NCBI GenBank assembly: GCA_050253415.1
Contig: JBFWJC010000001.1
Span: forward strand, 1,000,679 to 1,064,678
Source of the DNA: Pedobacter sp.
GTDB taxonomy: Bacteria; Desulfobacterota; Desulfuromonadia; Desulfuromonadales; Syntrophotaleaceae
Length of the DNA stretch: 64,000 nt
Reading direction: 5' to 3'
Shown: piece by piece, positions 1 to 9,308 of the stretch
How positions within the stretch are numbered: the first letter of the stretch is position 1
Layout of the letters: each line of letters opens with the position of its first letter
The notes under the pieces: model-generated
Database searches by the model: none
What the model was told of the DNA's origin: nothing
Seen by the model: the letters and a program-made list of their open reading frames with translations, nothing else
Position numbers and translations under genes: made by a program

Positions 1-689
1 GAAGCGATTGGCGAATCCGGCAGAATTTCAACCTGGGTGATGTACTCCTTGACCTGGTAGGCTTCGGTCAACTTACCTGATTTGCGTGTGGGCAGTAGTT
101 TCCTGCCGAACAGGGCCATATAGCTGATGCCAGCCACGACCAGCACCAACCCGAGGGGGCTGAAGGTAAACATGCTAAAACGCTCACCGGTGTATTCCTG
201 AAGCAGAACATTCATCAGGATATTCGGTGGTGTGCCGACCAAGGTGCAGACGCCTCCAAGCAGTGAGCCATAGGCAAGAGGTATGAGCATTTTTGAAGGG
301 CTCAGATGCAGTCGCCGGCATACCTCGAGCACTACCGGCATGAGTACCGCGGTGGCGCCGATGTTGTTAATGAAGGCTGAAAACAGCGCAACGCTGGCCA
401 TGATGATGGCGGTAAGACGCATTTCGCTGCCGCCCGCCAGACGGATCAGGTACTCGCCAGCTTTACCCAGGGCCCCGGTGTGAGTGATGCCGCAGCTGAT
501 CACAAACATGGCCGCAACGGTAATCACGGCAGGGTTTGCGAAGCCACTCAGAGCCTCGGGCACCGAAACCATGCCGGTAATGGCCAGAGCCAGGAGGACC
601 AACATGGATACCACATCCATGGGAAGCCATTCGGTGGCGAACAGTAAAATGGCTACGAGCAGGATGCAAAGGGTCAAGGCGATGGCCAT
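1..689 (-). CDS. SLC13/CitMHS-type permease, probably with TrkA-C domains (5' part; runs off window start)
   Basis: Manual translation from ATG 689: MAIALTLCILLVAILLFATEWLPMDVV...GFANPAVITVAAMFVIS...SAFINNIGATAVLMP...GGVCTLVGTPPNI; typical SLC13 motifs; absent from ORF track because truncated. Confidence 0.85.
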   Translation of the reverse strand, partial: MAIALTLCILLVAILLFATEWLPMDVVSMLVLLALAITGMVSVPEALSGFANPAVITVAAMFVISCGITHTGALGKAGEYLIRLAGGSEMRLTAIIMASVALFSAFINNIGATAVLMPVVLEVCRRLHLSPSKMLIPLAYGSLLGGVCTLVGTPPNILMNVLLQEYTGERFSMFTFSPLGLVLVVAGISYMALFGRKLLPTRKSGKLTEAYQVKEYITQVEILPDSPIA

Positions 690-776
690 AATGCCTCTGT
701 GTCGGGTCTGAAGGATTTGAAAGAGATAGGAAAAGTTTAAAGCGAAGGAGCGGGGTTACAAGGGGGAAAGGGAAAT

Positions 777-1409
777 TCAGTCCATTTCCGCGCGCAGAGA
801 TCGTGCAGTGGAGGCAGGGTCGGATGATTTGAGAAGGGCAGAAATCAGAGCGATACCGGCAGCACCGGCAGAGCGCACTTCGCGAATGCGGTCCTGGCAA
901 ATGCCTCCCAGTGCCAATACCGGCAATGGACTGGCGTCGCAGGCACGTCGCAGGGCGTCTACTCCCTGGGGCTCGCCGTAAGGGGCTTTGGAAGGCGTAA
1001 AATAGATGGGGCTGAAAGTGACGAAGTCAGCGCCTTCCGCTGCGGCCTGAACGATGTCTTCCACCCGGTGGGTGGAGCGCCCGATAATGGCTTGGTTACC
1101 GAGAATCCGGCGCGCCACGGCCGTGGGCAGGGAATGTTCACCAAGATGAACGCCATCAGCCCCGACCGCTACAGCAATGTCGATACGATCGTTAATGAGC
1201 AGGCTGGCGGAATAACGCGCCGTCAAAGATTTCAGATCCAGGGCCAAGCGGTAAAGTTCGTCGGACGGCAGATCTTTTTCACGCAGTTGCAGGGCGCGCA
1301 GGCCGCCAGCCAGGGCCCGCTCGATGATTCCCAGCAAGCTGTTTCCCTCGGGGATCAGTTTGCGGTCGGTAATCAGGTAGAGGCGGAACGCGTCTATGTC
1401 AAAGGTCAT
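777..1409 (-). CDS. thiE: thiamine-phosphate synthase
   Basis: LYLITDR, LQLREK, LLINDRIDIA, GVHLG, TPSK, ALGGI motifs; start trimmed to MTFDID (alternative 1418); last gene of thi operon. Confidence 0.92.
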   Translation of the reverse strand: MTFDIDAFRLYLITDRKLIPEGNSLLGIIERALAGGLRALQLREKDLPSDELYRLALDLKSLTARYSASLLINDRIDIAVAVGADGVHLGEHSLPTAVARRILGNQAIIGRSTHRVEDIVQAAAEGADFVTFSPIYFTPSKAPYGEPQGVDALRRACDASPLPVLALGGICQDRIREVRSAGAAGIALISALLKSSDPASTARSLRAEMD

Positions 1410-2535
1410 GGGGGGCATCCGATGTTTGCTCCAGAAACGCCCCGTCCCAGTCCTTCCACACCGGCTCATAGCCTTTGGCACGCAGCATGGCGCAGACCTG
1501 CTCGGCATCGCGGTCATCATCGATGGCGAACTGCTCGCCGCCGTCCCCCTCCTGCCCGTACCCCCCAGGTGCGGTGCTGGAGCCGGCGCTGAGCTGGGTA
1601 ATCCCAAGCGGCAGCAGATGATCGCGCAGCTCGGCACTTTCGCGGGTCGATAACACCAGCCCCGCATCGGGGATCAACAGTCGCAAAGCGCAGATCAACT
1701 GCACCAGAGCGCTGTCGGCCACCGGCGCCAGCGGTTCGAAGCCGCCGCCGGCCGGACGCATGCGCGGAAACGATACGTTCACGCGGCTGCGCCACCAGGT
1801 GCGCGCCAGGTGGCGGGCATGCATGCCGACAATAAAACCCTCGATGCGCCAGTCGCTCAGACCCAGCAAAGCGCCGACGCCGATGGAGCGCAGACCCGCC
1901 GCGCCGCCGCGATCCGGGGTGGTCAGCCGCCAGTCGAAATCCTTTTTGCGCCCGAAGGGATGCAGTTTGTCGTACAGTTCACGGTCGTAGGTTTCCTGGT
2001 AGACCGTCAGGTTGTCCACCCCGGCCGCCACCATCTGCCGGTAGCCGGCCTCGTCCATCGGATAGACTTCCAGGCTGATGGAGGCAAACAGCGGACGGAT
2101 GCGCCGTACCACCGCCACCAGCAGATCGTTGTCCACCCCCCGCGCTTCGCCGGTGAGCAGCTGGATATGGCGAAAGCCGCGCTGGCGCAGGATGCGGGCC
2201 TCGGTTTCGACTTCTTCCAGGCTCAGGGTGCGGCGCGGCACGTCGTTGGCGGCATTGAAGCCGCAGTACAGGCAGCCGTTGCTGCATTCGTTGGAGACAT
2301 ACAGCGGCGCATAGAGCTGGATGGTCTTGCCGAAACGCTGCTGGGTCAAACGATGGGCTTTTTGTGCCAGCGGTTCCAGGTAATCCCTGGCTGCCGGCGA
2401 CAGCAGCGCCATGAAATCAGCGCTGCGCAGGTGTTCCGTCGCCAGCGCCCGCTCCACGTCGCTGGCCCGACAGGCCGCAATCTGCCGGGCCAGCTCGGTG
2501 CGATCGTAGCTGTTGAATTCTTTTAAGAAGTTCAC
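1399..2535 (-). CDS. thiH: 2-iminoacetate synthase (radical SAM tyrosine lyase)
   Basis: YAPLYVSNECSNGCLYCGF (CxxxCxxC), YQETY, QFAIDDDR, VWKDWD; GTG start at 2535 immediately after thiG stop. Confidence 0.93.
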   Translation of the reverse strand: MNFLKEFNSYDRTELARQIAACRASDVERALATEHLRSADFMALLSPAARDYLEPLAQKAHRLTQQRFGKTIQLYAPLYVSNECSNGCLYCGFNAANDVPRRTLSLEEVETEARILRQRGFRHIQLLTGEARGVDNDLLVAVVRRIRPLFASISLEVYPMDEAGYRQMVAAGVDNLTVYQETYDRELYDKLHPFGRKKDFDWRLTTPDRGGAAGLRSIGVGALLGLSDWRIEGFIVGMHARHLARTWWRSRVNVSFPRMRPAGGGFEPLAPVADSALVQLICALRLLIPDAGLVLSTRESAELRDHLLPLGITQLSAGSSTAPGGYGQEGDGGEQFAIDDDRDAEQVCAMLRAKGYEPVWKDWDGAFLEQTSDAPHDL

Positions 2536-2537
2536 GA

Positions 2538-3308
2538 TCAATCCCTCAAAAATCCTGTCAGGGGGCTGGACGCTTCGGCCCGCTGTTGTTGCGCCGGCAG
2601 TCCGGCCAGGTAGGCGCGACGGCCCGCCTCCACCCCGAGGCGAAAGGCGTGGGCCATGCCGGCCGGATCGGGGGTGACGGCCAGGGCGGTATTCACCAGC
2701 ACCGCGTCGGCCCCCATCTCCATGGCTTCGGCGGCGTGGGACGGCGCGCCCAGACCGGCGTCGACCACCACCGGCACGATGGCCTGCTCGATGATGATGG
2801 CGATACTGTCGCGGGTACGCACCCCCTTGTTGGTACCGATCGGCGCGCCCAGCGGCATCACCGTGGCGGTACCGGCTTCCTGCAGGTGCTTGGCCAGCAC
2901 CGGGTCGGCGTTGATGTAGGGCAGCACCACGAACCCTTCCTTGACCAGAATCTCGGCGGCCTTGAGGGTTTCGATGGGATCGGGCAGCAGGTAATAGGGA
3001 TCGGGGGTGACCTCCAGCTTGACCCACGGCTCGCAGCCGGCGGCCCGCGCCAGGCGTGCCAGGCGTACCGCTTCTTCGGCGTTGCGGGCGCCGCTGGTGT
3101 TGGGCAGCAGCAGGTATTTGTCGCGGTCGATATGGGCCAGCAGGTCGTCGTCGGGCCGTTCGATGTCGACGCGACGCAAGGCGACGGTGACGATCTGCGA
3201 GCCGGAGGCGGACAGGGCATCGGCCATCAGGGCGTTGGAAGCGAACTTTCCGGTCCCGACCATCAGGCGGGAGGAAAAACTGCGGCCGGCAATGACGAGA
3301 TTATCCAT
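2538..3308 (-). CDS. thiG: thiazole synthase
   Basis: [49 protein letters not shown]. Confidence 0.96.
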   Translation of the reverse strand: MDNLVIAGRSFSSRLMVGTGKFASNALMADALSASGSQIVTVALRRVDIERPDDDLLAHIDRDKYLLLPNTSGARNAEEAVRLARLARAAGCEPWVKLEVTPDPYYLLPDPIETLKAAEILVKEGFVVLPYINADPVLAKHLQEAGTATVMPLGAPIGTNKGVRTRDSIAIIIEQAIVPVVVDAGLGAPSHAAEAMEMGADAVLVNTALAVTPDPAGMAHAFRLGVEAGRRAYLAGLPAQQQRAEASSPLTGFLRD

Positions 3309-3333
3309 GGGTATATCCTCTTTAAGGCGGGGT

Positions 3334-3534
3334 TTAACCCCCGCCGACAAATTGTACGATCTCCAGGCGATCGCCGTCGTTCAGCGCGGTAGCGGCGAAG
3401 CTGTCCTGCGGCACGATGGTGCCGTTATGCTCGATGGCCACCCGCGTCGGGTCGAGTTGCAGATGCTGAAGCAATTCGGGCAGAGTGGCCAGGGGTGGAT
3501 AGTTGCGGGTGTTGCCGTTGAGAGTAAGGTTCAC
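3334..3534 (-). CDS. thiS: sulfur carrier protein
   Basis: 66 aa ubiquitin-like, ends VQFVGGG; GTG start 3534. Confidence 0.93.
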   Translation of the reverse strand: MNLTLNGNTRNYPPLATLPELLQHLQLDPTRVAIEHNGTIVPQDSFAATALNDGDRLEIVQFVGGG

Positions 3535-3553
3535 TTTGTCATCCGTCCTGTGG

Positions 3554-4360
3554 TCAAGCGGGAGCTTCGCCAAGCAGCAACTGCAACACGGCGTTGGCCT
3601 GATGATGCGCGGCCACCCCCACGCGGGGCGCCATCAAACCGGTGCCGGGTGCTGCGGCCGTTTCACCATCGCCCACCAGGTACAAATTGCCGATGGCCCG
3701 ACGAGTGACGATAGTATTGGCCGGCCCGGCACCCGCCACGCCTGAGGCCGCAACCAGCGGTTTCTCAGGAAAGCGGGATAAAAAGGTTTCGGTAAGCATT
3801 GCCTTGGCCTGCGGATCGTCGAAAGCTTCCACCATGACGTCGACCCCGCCGAAGGTGGTGGCTACATTGTCGCGAGTCAACCTCATCACATGGGTGACGA
3901 GTTCCACTCCCGGGTTGATGCGTGCCAGGGTCGCGGCAAGTGCTTCAACCTTGAACATGCCTATCTGGTCGATGAAATACATCTGGCGGTTCAGGTTGGA
4001 TGGTTCCACTACGTCGTAATCGGCCAGCACCAGTCGCCCTACACCGCTACGTGCCAGAGCGACGGCAATAGGTGAACCGAGTCCGCCGACTCCGGCAATA
4101 CCGACAGTTGCCTGCTTGATACGGGCATGGACGCCGGGGGTATGACGTGCAACCAGCAGGGTTTCCAGTTCTTCAGCTGAAGGGATTTCTCCTCGCCGAA
4201 TCAGCACCATGCGGTCCCCGTCATTCAATGACTGATCCGAAGATGCCGGAAAACCGTTGAGAATGACGACGTCCGCTTGCGGTTTGATACGATCACGGGT
4301 TTCAAACAGTTTGGCACCTTGCGGTATGTCGTGAAGTTGTTCGTTTACCCAGATATGCAT
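3554..4360 (-). CDS. thiF: ThiS adenylyltransferase with N-terminal ThiS-like domain
   Basis: MHIWVNE ThiS-like N-terminus, GIAGVGGLGS, DYDVVEPSNLNRQ, LMAPRV. Confidence 0.9.
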   Translation of the reverse strand: MHIWVNEQLHDIPQGAKLFETRDRIKPQADVVILNGFPASSDQSLNDGDRMVLIRRGEIPSAEELETLLVARHTPGVHARIKQATVGIAGVGGLGSPIAVALARSGVGRLVLADYDVVEPSNLNRQMYFIDQIGMFKVEALAATLARINPGVELVTHVMRLTRDNVATTFGGVDVMVEAFDDPQAKAMLTETFLSRFPEKPLVAASGVAGAGPANTIVTRRAIGNLYLVGDGETAAAPGTGLMAPRVGVAAHHQANAVLQLLLGEAPA

Positions 4361-4375
4361 AAAGATGGTGTCCCC

Positions 4376-4404
4376 AAAAACAAAAGGCCGCAATACGCGA
4401 CCTT
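4376..4404 (-). terminator. intrinsic terminator, expression platform of TPP riboswitch
   Basis: Minus strand AAGGTCGC-GTATT-GCGGCCTT followed by TTGTTTTT, between aptamer and thiF. Confidence 0.75.
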
Positions 4405-4431
4405 GGCGGAACCGGTAAGTTCTGCTGTTGC

Positions 4432-4525
4432 GCCGCTTCCCTACGCCGGCATGATCCGGATCAGGTACGAAGGGTTGTTCCGCAAGTGCGAAACTCTCAG
4501 TTTTGCAACTCCCCCAGGGCTGAGC
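4432..4525 (-). ncRNA. TPP riboswitch
   Basis: Minus strand GGGGAG...CTGAGAG...CCCTTCGTACCTGATCCGGATCATGCCGGCGTAGGGAAG, canonical THI-box, upstream of thi operon. Confidence 0.95.
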
Positions 4526-4893
4526 TAGCATGTGTTTACAATGAATAAAGTAGCAGCAGGTCAGGGTTTTCGTCAATGTTTAACTTGGTGGAGGACGTGG
4601 CAATCAGACTTCCGCTGCGTTGGTATACAGTATTTGACTTTATGGGAATCGCTATCGGGTCGAAATCAAAAAGCATCGCCCCTGGATTCCAAAAATCGGA
4701 TACAAAAGATCTTGATACCCTGGTAAATCCCAAGTCTCACAGCCGGTCAGGGTGCGATCCCGATCCGATTTTGACATCGATTCTTTACTCAATAGAGGAT
4801 TTGTGAAGTTTGTTGTCAGTAGGTGTTGTCCCTGACCCCCGGATGTGGTTAAAATGTGCAGCGTTGCATCGATAATTATTTTAAGGAGTCTCC

Positions 4894-5196
4894 ATGAACA
4901 TCTCAGACCGTTACCGCGCCCTGGTGGACGAAGTGCGTAATTTACAGAACGCTTCCGGTGCATCTCAAGCCGAGCGCCTGTTAGCCCAGGCCGTACAGGA
5001 ACTTGCCCTCCATGAAGAAGGGGTTGGCGAAATTCCCCAGATGCGGTTGGAGAATGAATTGACCCCCGTATTACTCAAGGCCTATAACTCTCTCGACCGT
5101 GCCCGCTTGTTGTTCGATGAAGTCGGTGAAGAGGATCGGGTTGGTGCTATCTGGGAGACCGAACAGAAAATCTACCGTTTGCTCAATTCCCTCTAA
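4894..5196 (+). CDS. hypothetical helical protein
   Basis: 100 aa ORF, AAGGAG RBS, protein-like amphipathic composition. Confidence 0.75.
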   Translation: MNISDRYRALVDEVRNLQNASGASQAERLLAQAVQELALHEEGVGEIPQMRLENELTPVLLKAYNSLDRARLLFDEVGEEDRVGAIWETEQKIYRLLNSL

Positions 5197-5343
5197 GGAC
5201 TTCGTCCCCCGGATTATTCGCTTATTGCCATCCGACAGTTGCATGTTGGCGCCGTTCTTTTAGAGTTATAGAAAGGCTGCGGTACTGTGGATTCCCCGTA
5301 ACGATTACGGGGCACTGGCTACCGGTGGAAAGGAGAGCAATAT

Positions 5344-5529
5344 ATGTCCCTGGTGAAAACCTGGTATACGCCGGAAGAAGCGGTAGACATGTTTGGTATC
5401 AGCAATGCTCTTTTGCTCAAATGGGTGGACGACGGGCTGGTTCGTAGCGAGCGGGAACATGGCAAGGTCGCCCGGGTCAATATCGATGACGTTAAATTGC
5501 AGGTCGATGTGATGGTGCATCGTGACTGA
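5344..5529 (+). CDS. small MerR/excisionase-like HTH DNA-binding protein
   Basis: WYTPEEAVDMFGISNALLLKWVDDGLV winged-HTH pattern; AAGGAG RBS. Confidence 0.75.
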   Translation: MSLVKTWYTPEEAVDMFGISNALLLKWVDDGLVRSEREHGKVARVNIDDVKLQVDVMVHRD

Positions 5530-5566
5530 TGGAAACATTCGTACAGAAGCATAGGTGATGCTGCTG

Positions 5567-5604
5567 AAAAAACGGCTTTCAGATATCTGAAAGCCGTTTT
5601 TTTT
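5567..5604. terminator. bidirectional intrinsic terminator
   Basis: AAAAAACGGCTTTCAG-ATAT-CTGAAAGCCGTTTTTTTT between convergent genes. Confidence 0.85.
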
Positions 5605-5644
5605 AATCATCATTCAAGTCCGTTAAAAGTGTTCCGCGATGCTA

Positions 5645-6712
5645 TCAGGAGATCGCTCGACCACCGCATTTTTTAAGCTGTTTGTGGGCATAACGCAGCA
5701 TGCGTTCGGTGGTTTCCCAGTCGACGCACTTGTCGGTAATCGAAACACCGTATTTCAGCTGTTTGATATCCGCACACAGATTTTGATTGCCGGCTTCCAG
5801 GTTGCTCTCGACCATCAAGGAACAGATGGAGCGATTGCCTGCTACCACCTGTTCGAGGGCGTTGACCATGACTTCTTCCTGGCGCGCATGATCTTTGTAG
5901 GAATTGGCGTGACTGCAATCGACCATGATGGCTTGCGTCAGGCCGGCCCGATCCAGCATGTTTTCGGCTTCAGCGATATTTTCCGGGTAATAATTGGGTT
6001 TGCCGCCTCCGCCGCGCAACACGATATGGGTGTCGGGGTTGCCGGTGGTTTCGACGATGGAGGTGCGGCCGTCGCGGCAGATACCGAGGAAGCTATGCGG
6101 GTGGCAGGCTGCGCCAATGGCATCGATGGCGATTTGCAGGCTGCCGTCGGTGCCGTTTTTGAACCCGACCGGAAACGACAGGCCGCTGGCCATCTCACGG
6201 TGGGGTTGGGATTCCGAGGTGCGGGCTCCGATGGCTCCCCAGCTGATCAAGTCGGACAGGTACTGAATAATAATGGGGTCGAGCATTTCGGTGGCGATGG
6301 GCAGCCCCATTTGCGTGATGGCACATAGCAGGCCGCGGGCCACACCGAGACCTTTGGAAATCTGGTGCGTGCCGTTAAGGTCGGGATCGTTGATCAGGCC
6401 TTTCCAGCCGATGGTGGTGCGTGGTTTTTCAAAGTAGGCACGCATGACCAGAAACAGTTGATCATCCAATTCCTGTTTCAGGGCAGCCAGGCGTTCCGCA
6501 TACTCGATGGCCGCCTTGGTGTCGTGAATGGAGCATGGCCCGACAACGACCATGATGCGGGGATCTTGCTGCTTGAGGATGGCCCTGATCGTCTGACGGC
6601 TGGTCATGACGAATTCAGCCGCTTGATCTCCAAGTGGGAATACCTGCTTCAGGTCGGCTGGTGCAATAATAGGGGTCAGCGCGCGAACGTTAAGATTGGT
6701 GGTCCGGATCAT
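5645..6712 (-). CDS. aroF: class I DAHP synthase (AroF/G/H type)
   Basis: VVGPCSIHD, RAYFEKPRTTIGWKGLINDP, AIGARTSESQ, DCSHANS, YGVSITDKC. Confidence 0.95.
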   Translation of the reverse strand: MIRTTNLNVRALTPIIAPADLKQVFPLGDQAAEFVMTSRQTIRAILKQQDPRIMVVVGPCSIHDTKAAIEYAERLAALKQELDDQLFLVMRAYFEKPRTTIGWKGLINDPDLNGTHQISKGLGVARGLLCAITQMGLPIATEMLDPIIIQYLSDLISWGAIGARTSESQPHREMASGLSFPVGFKNGTDGSLQIAIDAIGAACHPHSFLGICRDGRTSIVETTGNPDTHIVLRGGGGKPNYYPENIAEAENMLDRAGLTQAIMVDCSHANSYKDHARQEEVMVNALEQVVAGNRSICSLMVESNLEAGNQNLCADIKQLKYGVSITDKCVDWETTERMLRYAHKQLKKCGGRAIS

Positions 6713-6855
6713 AGCGGTTCCTTGTCTGTTGGCTGGTCATGGATTACCTCCGCTGGTGGCGGTATCCCCGAGCTGGCGAAGCCAAAAATGTAGCGGTTTT
6801 TTCAATGTTTGTCAAAGGTTGACGCCTCTAACCTGTTTTTGATTTGCTGAAAGCG

Positions 6856-6885
6856 TTGACACCCTGCCTGCGGTTTGGGTATAAA
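6856..6885 (+). promoter_or_regulatory. sigma70-type promoter for yggT operon
   Basis: TTGACA-N18-TATAAA upstream of yggT. Confidence 0.6.
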
Positions 6886-6938
6886 TTGAGTTAATTATCT
6901 AGAAAAACGATAAAAATTCTTTCCAGCGAGGTTGTGTC

Positions 6939-7220
6939 GTGGGTATTGTTCAAGGGCTGCAGGTTACGCTTATTCAAATGTTTGCCTCCATTTTTGAGAT
7001 CTATGCCTATATCGTGGTGGCACGGGCGATTCTTTCCTGGGTCAGTCCCGATCCCTATAATCCCATCGTGCGGTTTCTTTACAGTGCCACCGAGCCGGTA
7101 TTGCAACGCATGCGCCGGGTCCTCCCCCTGCAATTCAGCGGTATCGACTTTACGCCGATGGTGTTGATATTTGCTTTGTTTTTCGTCAGTAATTTTCTGC
7201 GCACTCTGATTTACCGCTAA
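6939..7220 (+). CDS. yggT: YggT family membrane protein
   Basis: ILSWVSPDPYNPIVRFLYSATEPVL...GIDFTP motif. Confidence 0.9.
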   Translation: MGIVQGLQVTLIQMFASIFEIYAYIVVARAILSWVSPDPYNPIVRFLYSATEPVLQRMRRVLPLQFSGIDFTPMVLIFALFFVSNFLRTLIYR

Positions 7221-7234
7221 ACAGGAACCTATCC

Positions 7235-7780
7235 ATGTCCATCACCCCGATAGATATTCAACAGCACCGTTTTAAAACCCGCCCTTTTGGTTACGACAAG
7301 GCGGGGGTCGATTATTTTCTTGAGCAGGTTGCCGATGAACTGGAACGCTTTCATCTGGAAGTCCAGAAACTCAAGGAGGAACTGTCACGCACCCGTAGTG
7401 CTCTGGACGAAATGAAACAACGCGAGGTGACTCTCAAGGAAGCCTTGTTGACGACCCAGAGGATGACCGACGAGTTGAAGGCCAATGCTCGCAAGGAAGC
7501 GGAAATCGTGATTGCCGAAGCCGAGCTTCAGGGCGAAAGGATTGTACATGAAGCCCAGCTTCGCCACGGGGCCCTGCTTTCTGAAATCCAGGAATTGCGG
7601 TGCCAGAAGGTCTCCTTTGAATCGGGGTTGCGAGCCGTGGTGGAAAGTCATATGCGTTTGCTGGAATTAAATTCCCTGCCCATCAAAGATCAGGCGCGTT
7701 TTCAACCGGTAATGATGGAAATTCTGGAGGAAGATGTGCTGACGCAGCTTTCCCCCCCGGGGGAGGAGGATGCAGGCTGA
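7235..7780 (+). CDS. divIVA: DivIVA domain protein
   Basis: ITPIDIQQHRFKTRPFGYDKAGVDYFL N-terminus plus coiled coil. Confidence 0.9.
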   Translation: MSITPIDIQQHRFKTRPFGYDKAGVDYFLEQVADELERFHLEVQKLKEELSRTRSALDEMKQREVTLKEALLTTQRMTDELKANARKEAEIVIAEAELQGERIVHEAQLRHGALLSEIQELRCQKVSFESGLRAVVESHMRLLELNSLPIKDQARFQPVMMEILEEDVLTQLSPPGEEDAG

Positions 7781-8067
7781 TGCCCGCATGTCTTACCCAA
7801 ACCGACGAAGGTCTGCTGCTTGATGTGCATGTACAACCGCGTGCCTGTCGCAATGAGTTGGCCGGCCTTCAGGGGGATAGCCTGAAAGTTCGTCTCACCT
7901 CGCCGCCTGTCGAGGGAGCCGCCAATAAATTGTGCCGCGAATTTTTTGCAAAATTGCTGGGGGTTGCCAAAAGCCGGGTGACCCTCGTTTCTGGTGAAAA
8001 ATCCCGTCACAAACGCCTCCTTATCGAGGGTGTTACCCTCGAAGACGCCGAAAAAAAACTTTTTTGA
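7780..8067 (+). CDS. DUF167 / YggU family protein
   Basis: VHVQPRA, LKVRLTSPPVEGAAN, GEKSRHK. Confidence 0.9.
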   Translation: MPACLTQTDEGLLLDVHVQPRACRNELAGLQGDSLKVRLTSPPVEGAANKLCREFFAKLLGVAKSRVTLVSGEKSRHKRLLIEGVTLEDAEKKLF

Positions 8068-8209
8068 CTTTGTGGTCCTGAAGGCCCCCTCCTTGTAACA
8101 ATCCCATGTCGATTCACGGTAGGCCATTTACCTCAAAGGACTTTAAGGGTAAAATTATAACAAGGCCAGTCATAATAGGTCGCTGCGGAATGGAAAGGAG
8201 CGGTGGACC

Positions 8210-8452
8210 ATGGCATCCAATGTTGTAAATATCGACATGCATAGCAAACACCTTGAGGAAATCCGATCTCTTAAACGGGAAAATGAAGAGCTCAAAGCCA
8301 TCAACAAGGATCTGCTCGAACGCCTTGAGGGGTTACACGGCGAATATCAGGAGTTGCGTTTTTACATCAAAGGGATGGCTTCCCACGGTGAAGTTCTTGC
8401 GCTGAGGAAAAAAATTCTGGAATTGCAGAACGAGTTGCATTTCCGGCGTTGA
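8210..8452 (+). CDS. hypothetical coiled-coil protein
   Basis: 80 aa with heptad pattern; GGAAAGGAG RBS. Confidence 0.7.
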   Translation: MASNVVNIDMHSKHLEEIRSLKRENEELKAINKDLLERLEGLHGEYQELRFYIKGMASHGEVLALRKKILELQNELHFRR

Positions 8453-8687
8453 AAAACGCAGGGTGGCTACCGCAAGCGTACGTTAAACGTCATGAAACTA
8501 CCTTGGGTTGCAATCGGTTGTCATTTGCTCTGATGCACCAGGCGTATTTGCGCAGGTTGGGTGCGCAAGGGCTGCCGCCTATTCGCCTGGACCGCAATTT
8601 TTTGATAACGATCCGTCCGGTTCGTTGGAAATGTGTCAGCCACAAGGGCCCCTGTCGTCAGAGAATGAGAGGATCGTGCGTCTTACC

Positions 8688-8720
8688 TGCAACGGCGCCC
8701 GCAGCAGCGGGCGCCGTTGC
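8688..8720. terminator. GC-rich hairpin between convergent genes
   Basis: GCAACGGCGCCCGC-AGCA-GCGGGCGCCGTTGC, perfect 14-bp stem. Confidence 0.65.
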
Positions 8721-8723
8721 TGT

Positions 8724-9230
8724 TTATGGGGCGGTGTCGGGTGCTGGCGGTTCGCCGCTGAGTTCGGACAGGTCAAGCGTTCCTTTTTTTGAAAAACTGC
8801 GTGCTCGGCTGCCGATAAGGTAATTACCAAGAGTTACCTCCCCGGAAATTTCATAGGGTAAAGGTTTATTATGCTCAAGCAGGGGCCCCAGGCGCAGCAA
8901 ATTGAAATAGGAGGTCGATAAGCGCAGCGGCAGTTGACCGTATTGATGAGCGTTGAGGCGGATGCTGTCCAGAGATACCCCCTGGGCAATACGAATATTG
9001 TTAATAGACAGCGCATAGCGTAGGTCACGCACATTGATACTGAAATCGTTGGGATTGAACAGGTTTAAGTCGGCAGTAAGGATGGCGTGGCTCAAGGTCA
9101 GGTTTTCCACCTGCAATCCCACCAGGGCGACCTCGGGAGGTTCTGCGCGAAATGCGGCGCAGCCGGATAACAGGGTAACCAGCGCAACGAAGGGCAGCAG
9201 GCGATTCAAAAAGCGGGTGCGGATGGTCAT
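8724..9230 (-). CDS. LEA type 2 (WHy domain) lipoprotein
   Basis: Lipobox LLSGC, NPNDF motif, beta-rich. Confidence 0.85.
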   Translation of the reverse strand: MTIRTRFLNRLLPFVALVTLLSGCAAFRAEPPEVALVGLQVENLTLSHAILTADLNLFNPNDFSINVRDLRYALSINNIRIAQGVSLDSIRLNAHQYGQLPLRLSTSYFNLLRLGPLLEHNKPLPYEISGEVTLGNYLIGSRARSFSKKGTLDLSELSGEPPAPDTAP

Positions 9231-9308
9231 GGCGATCTCCTCGGTTGTTGCCGGCTCCATGGTTCGTGATGGTCTTATCGGTAACGGCCGTCGATATCCA
9301 TAAATTTA

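Noticed and set aside
2536..3027. N-terminal 160 aa of the 542-aa ORF 1399..3027
   Set aside because: Out-of-frame overlap with thiG; real thiH begins at GTG 2535
4361..4576. N-terminal extension of the thiF ORF
   Set aside because: Runs through the TPP riboswitch and terminator; real start is 4360
4615..4630. CTG-N10-CAG resembling an E. coli LexA box
   Set aside because: Poor match in the spacer, and no SOS gene adjacent
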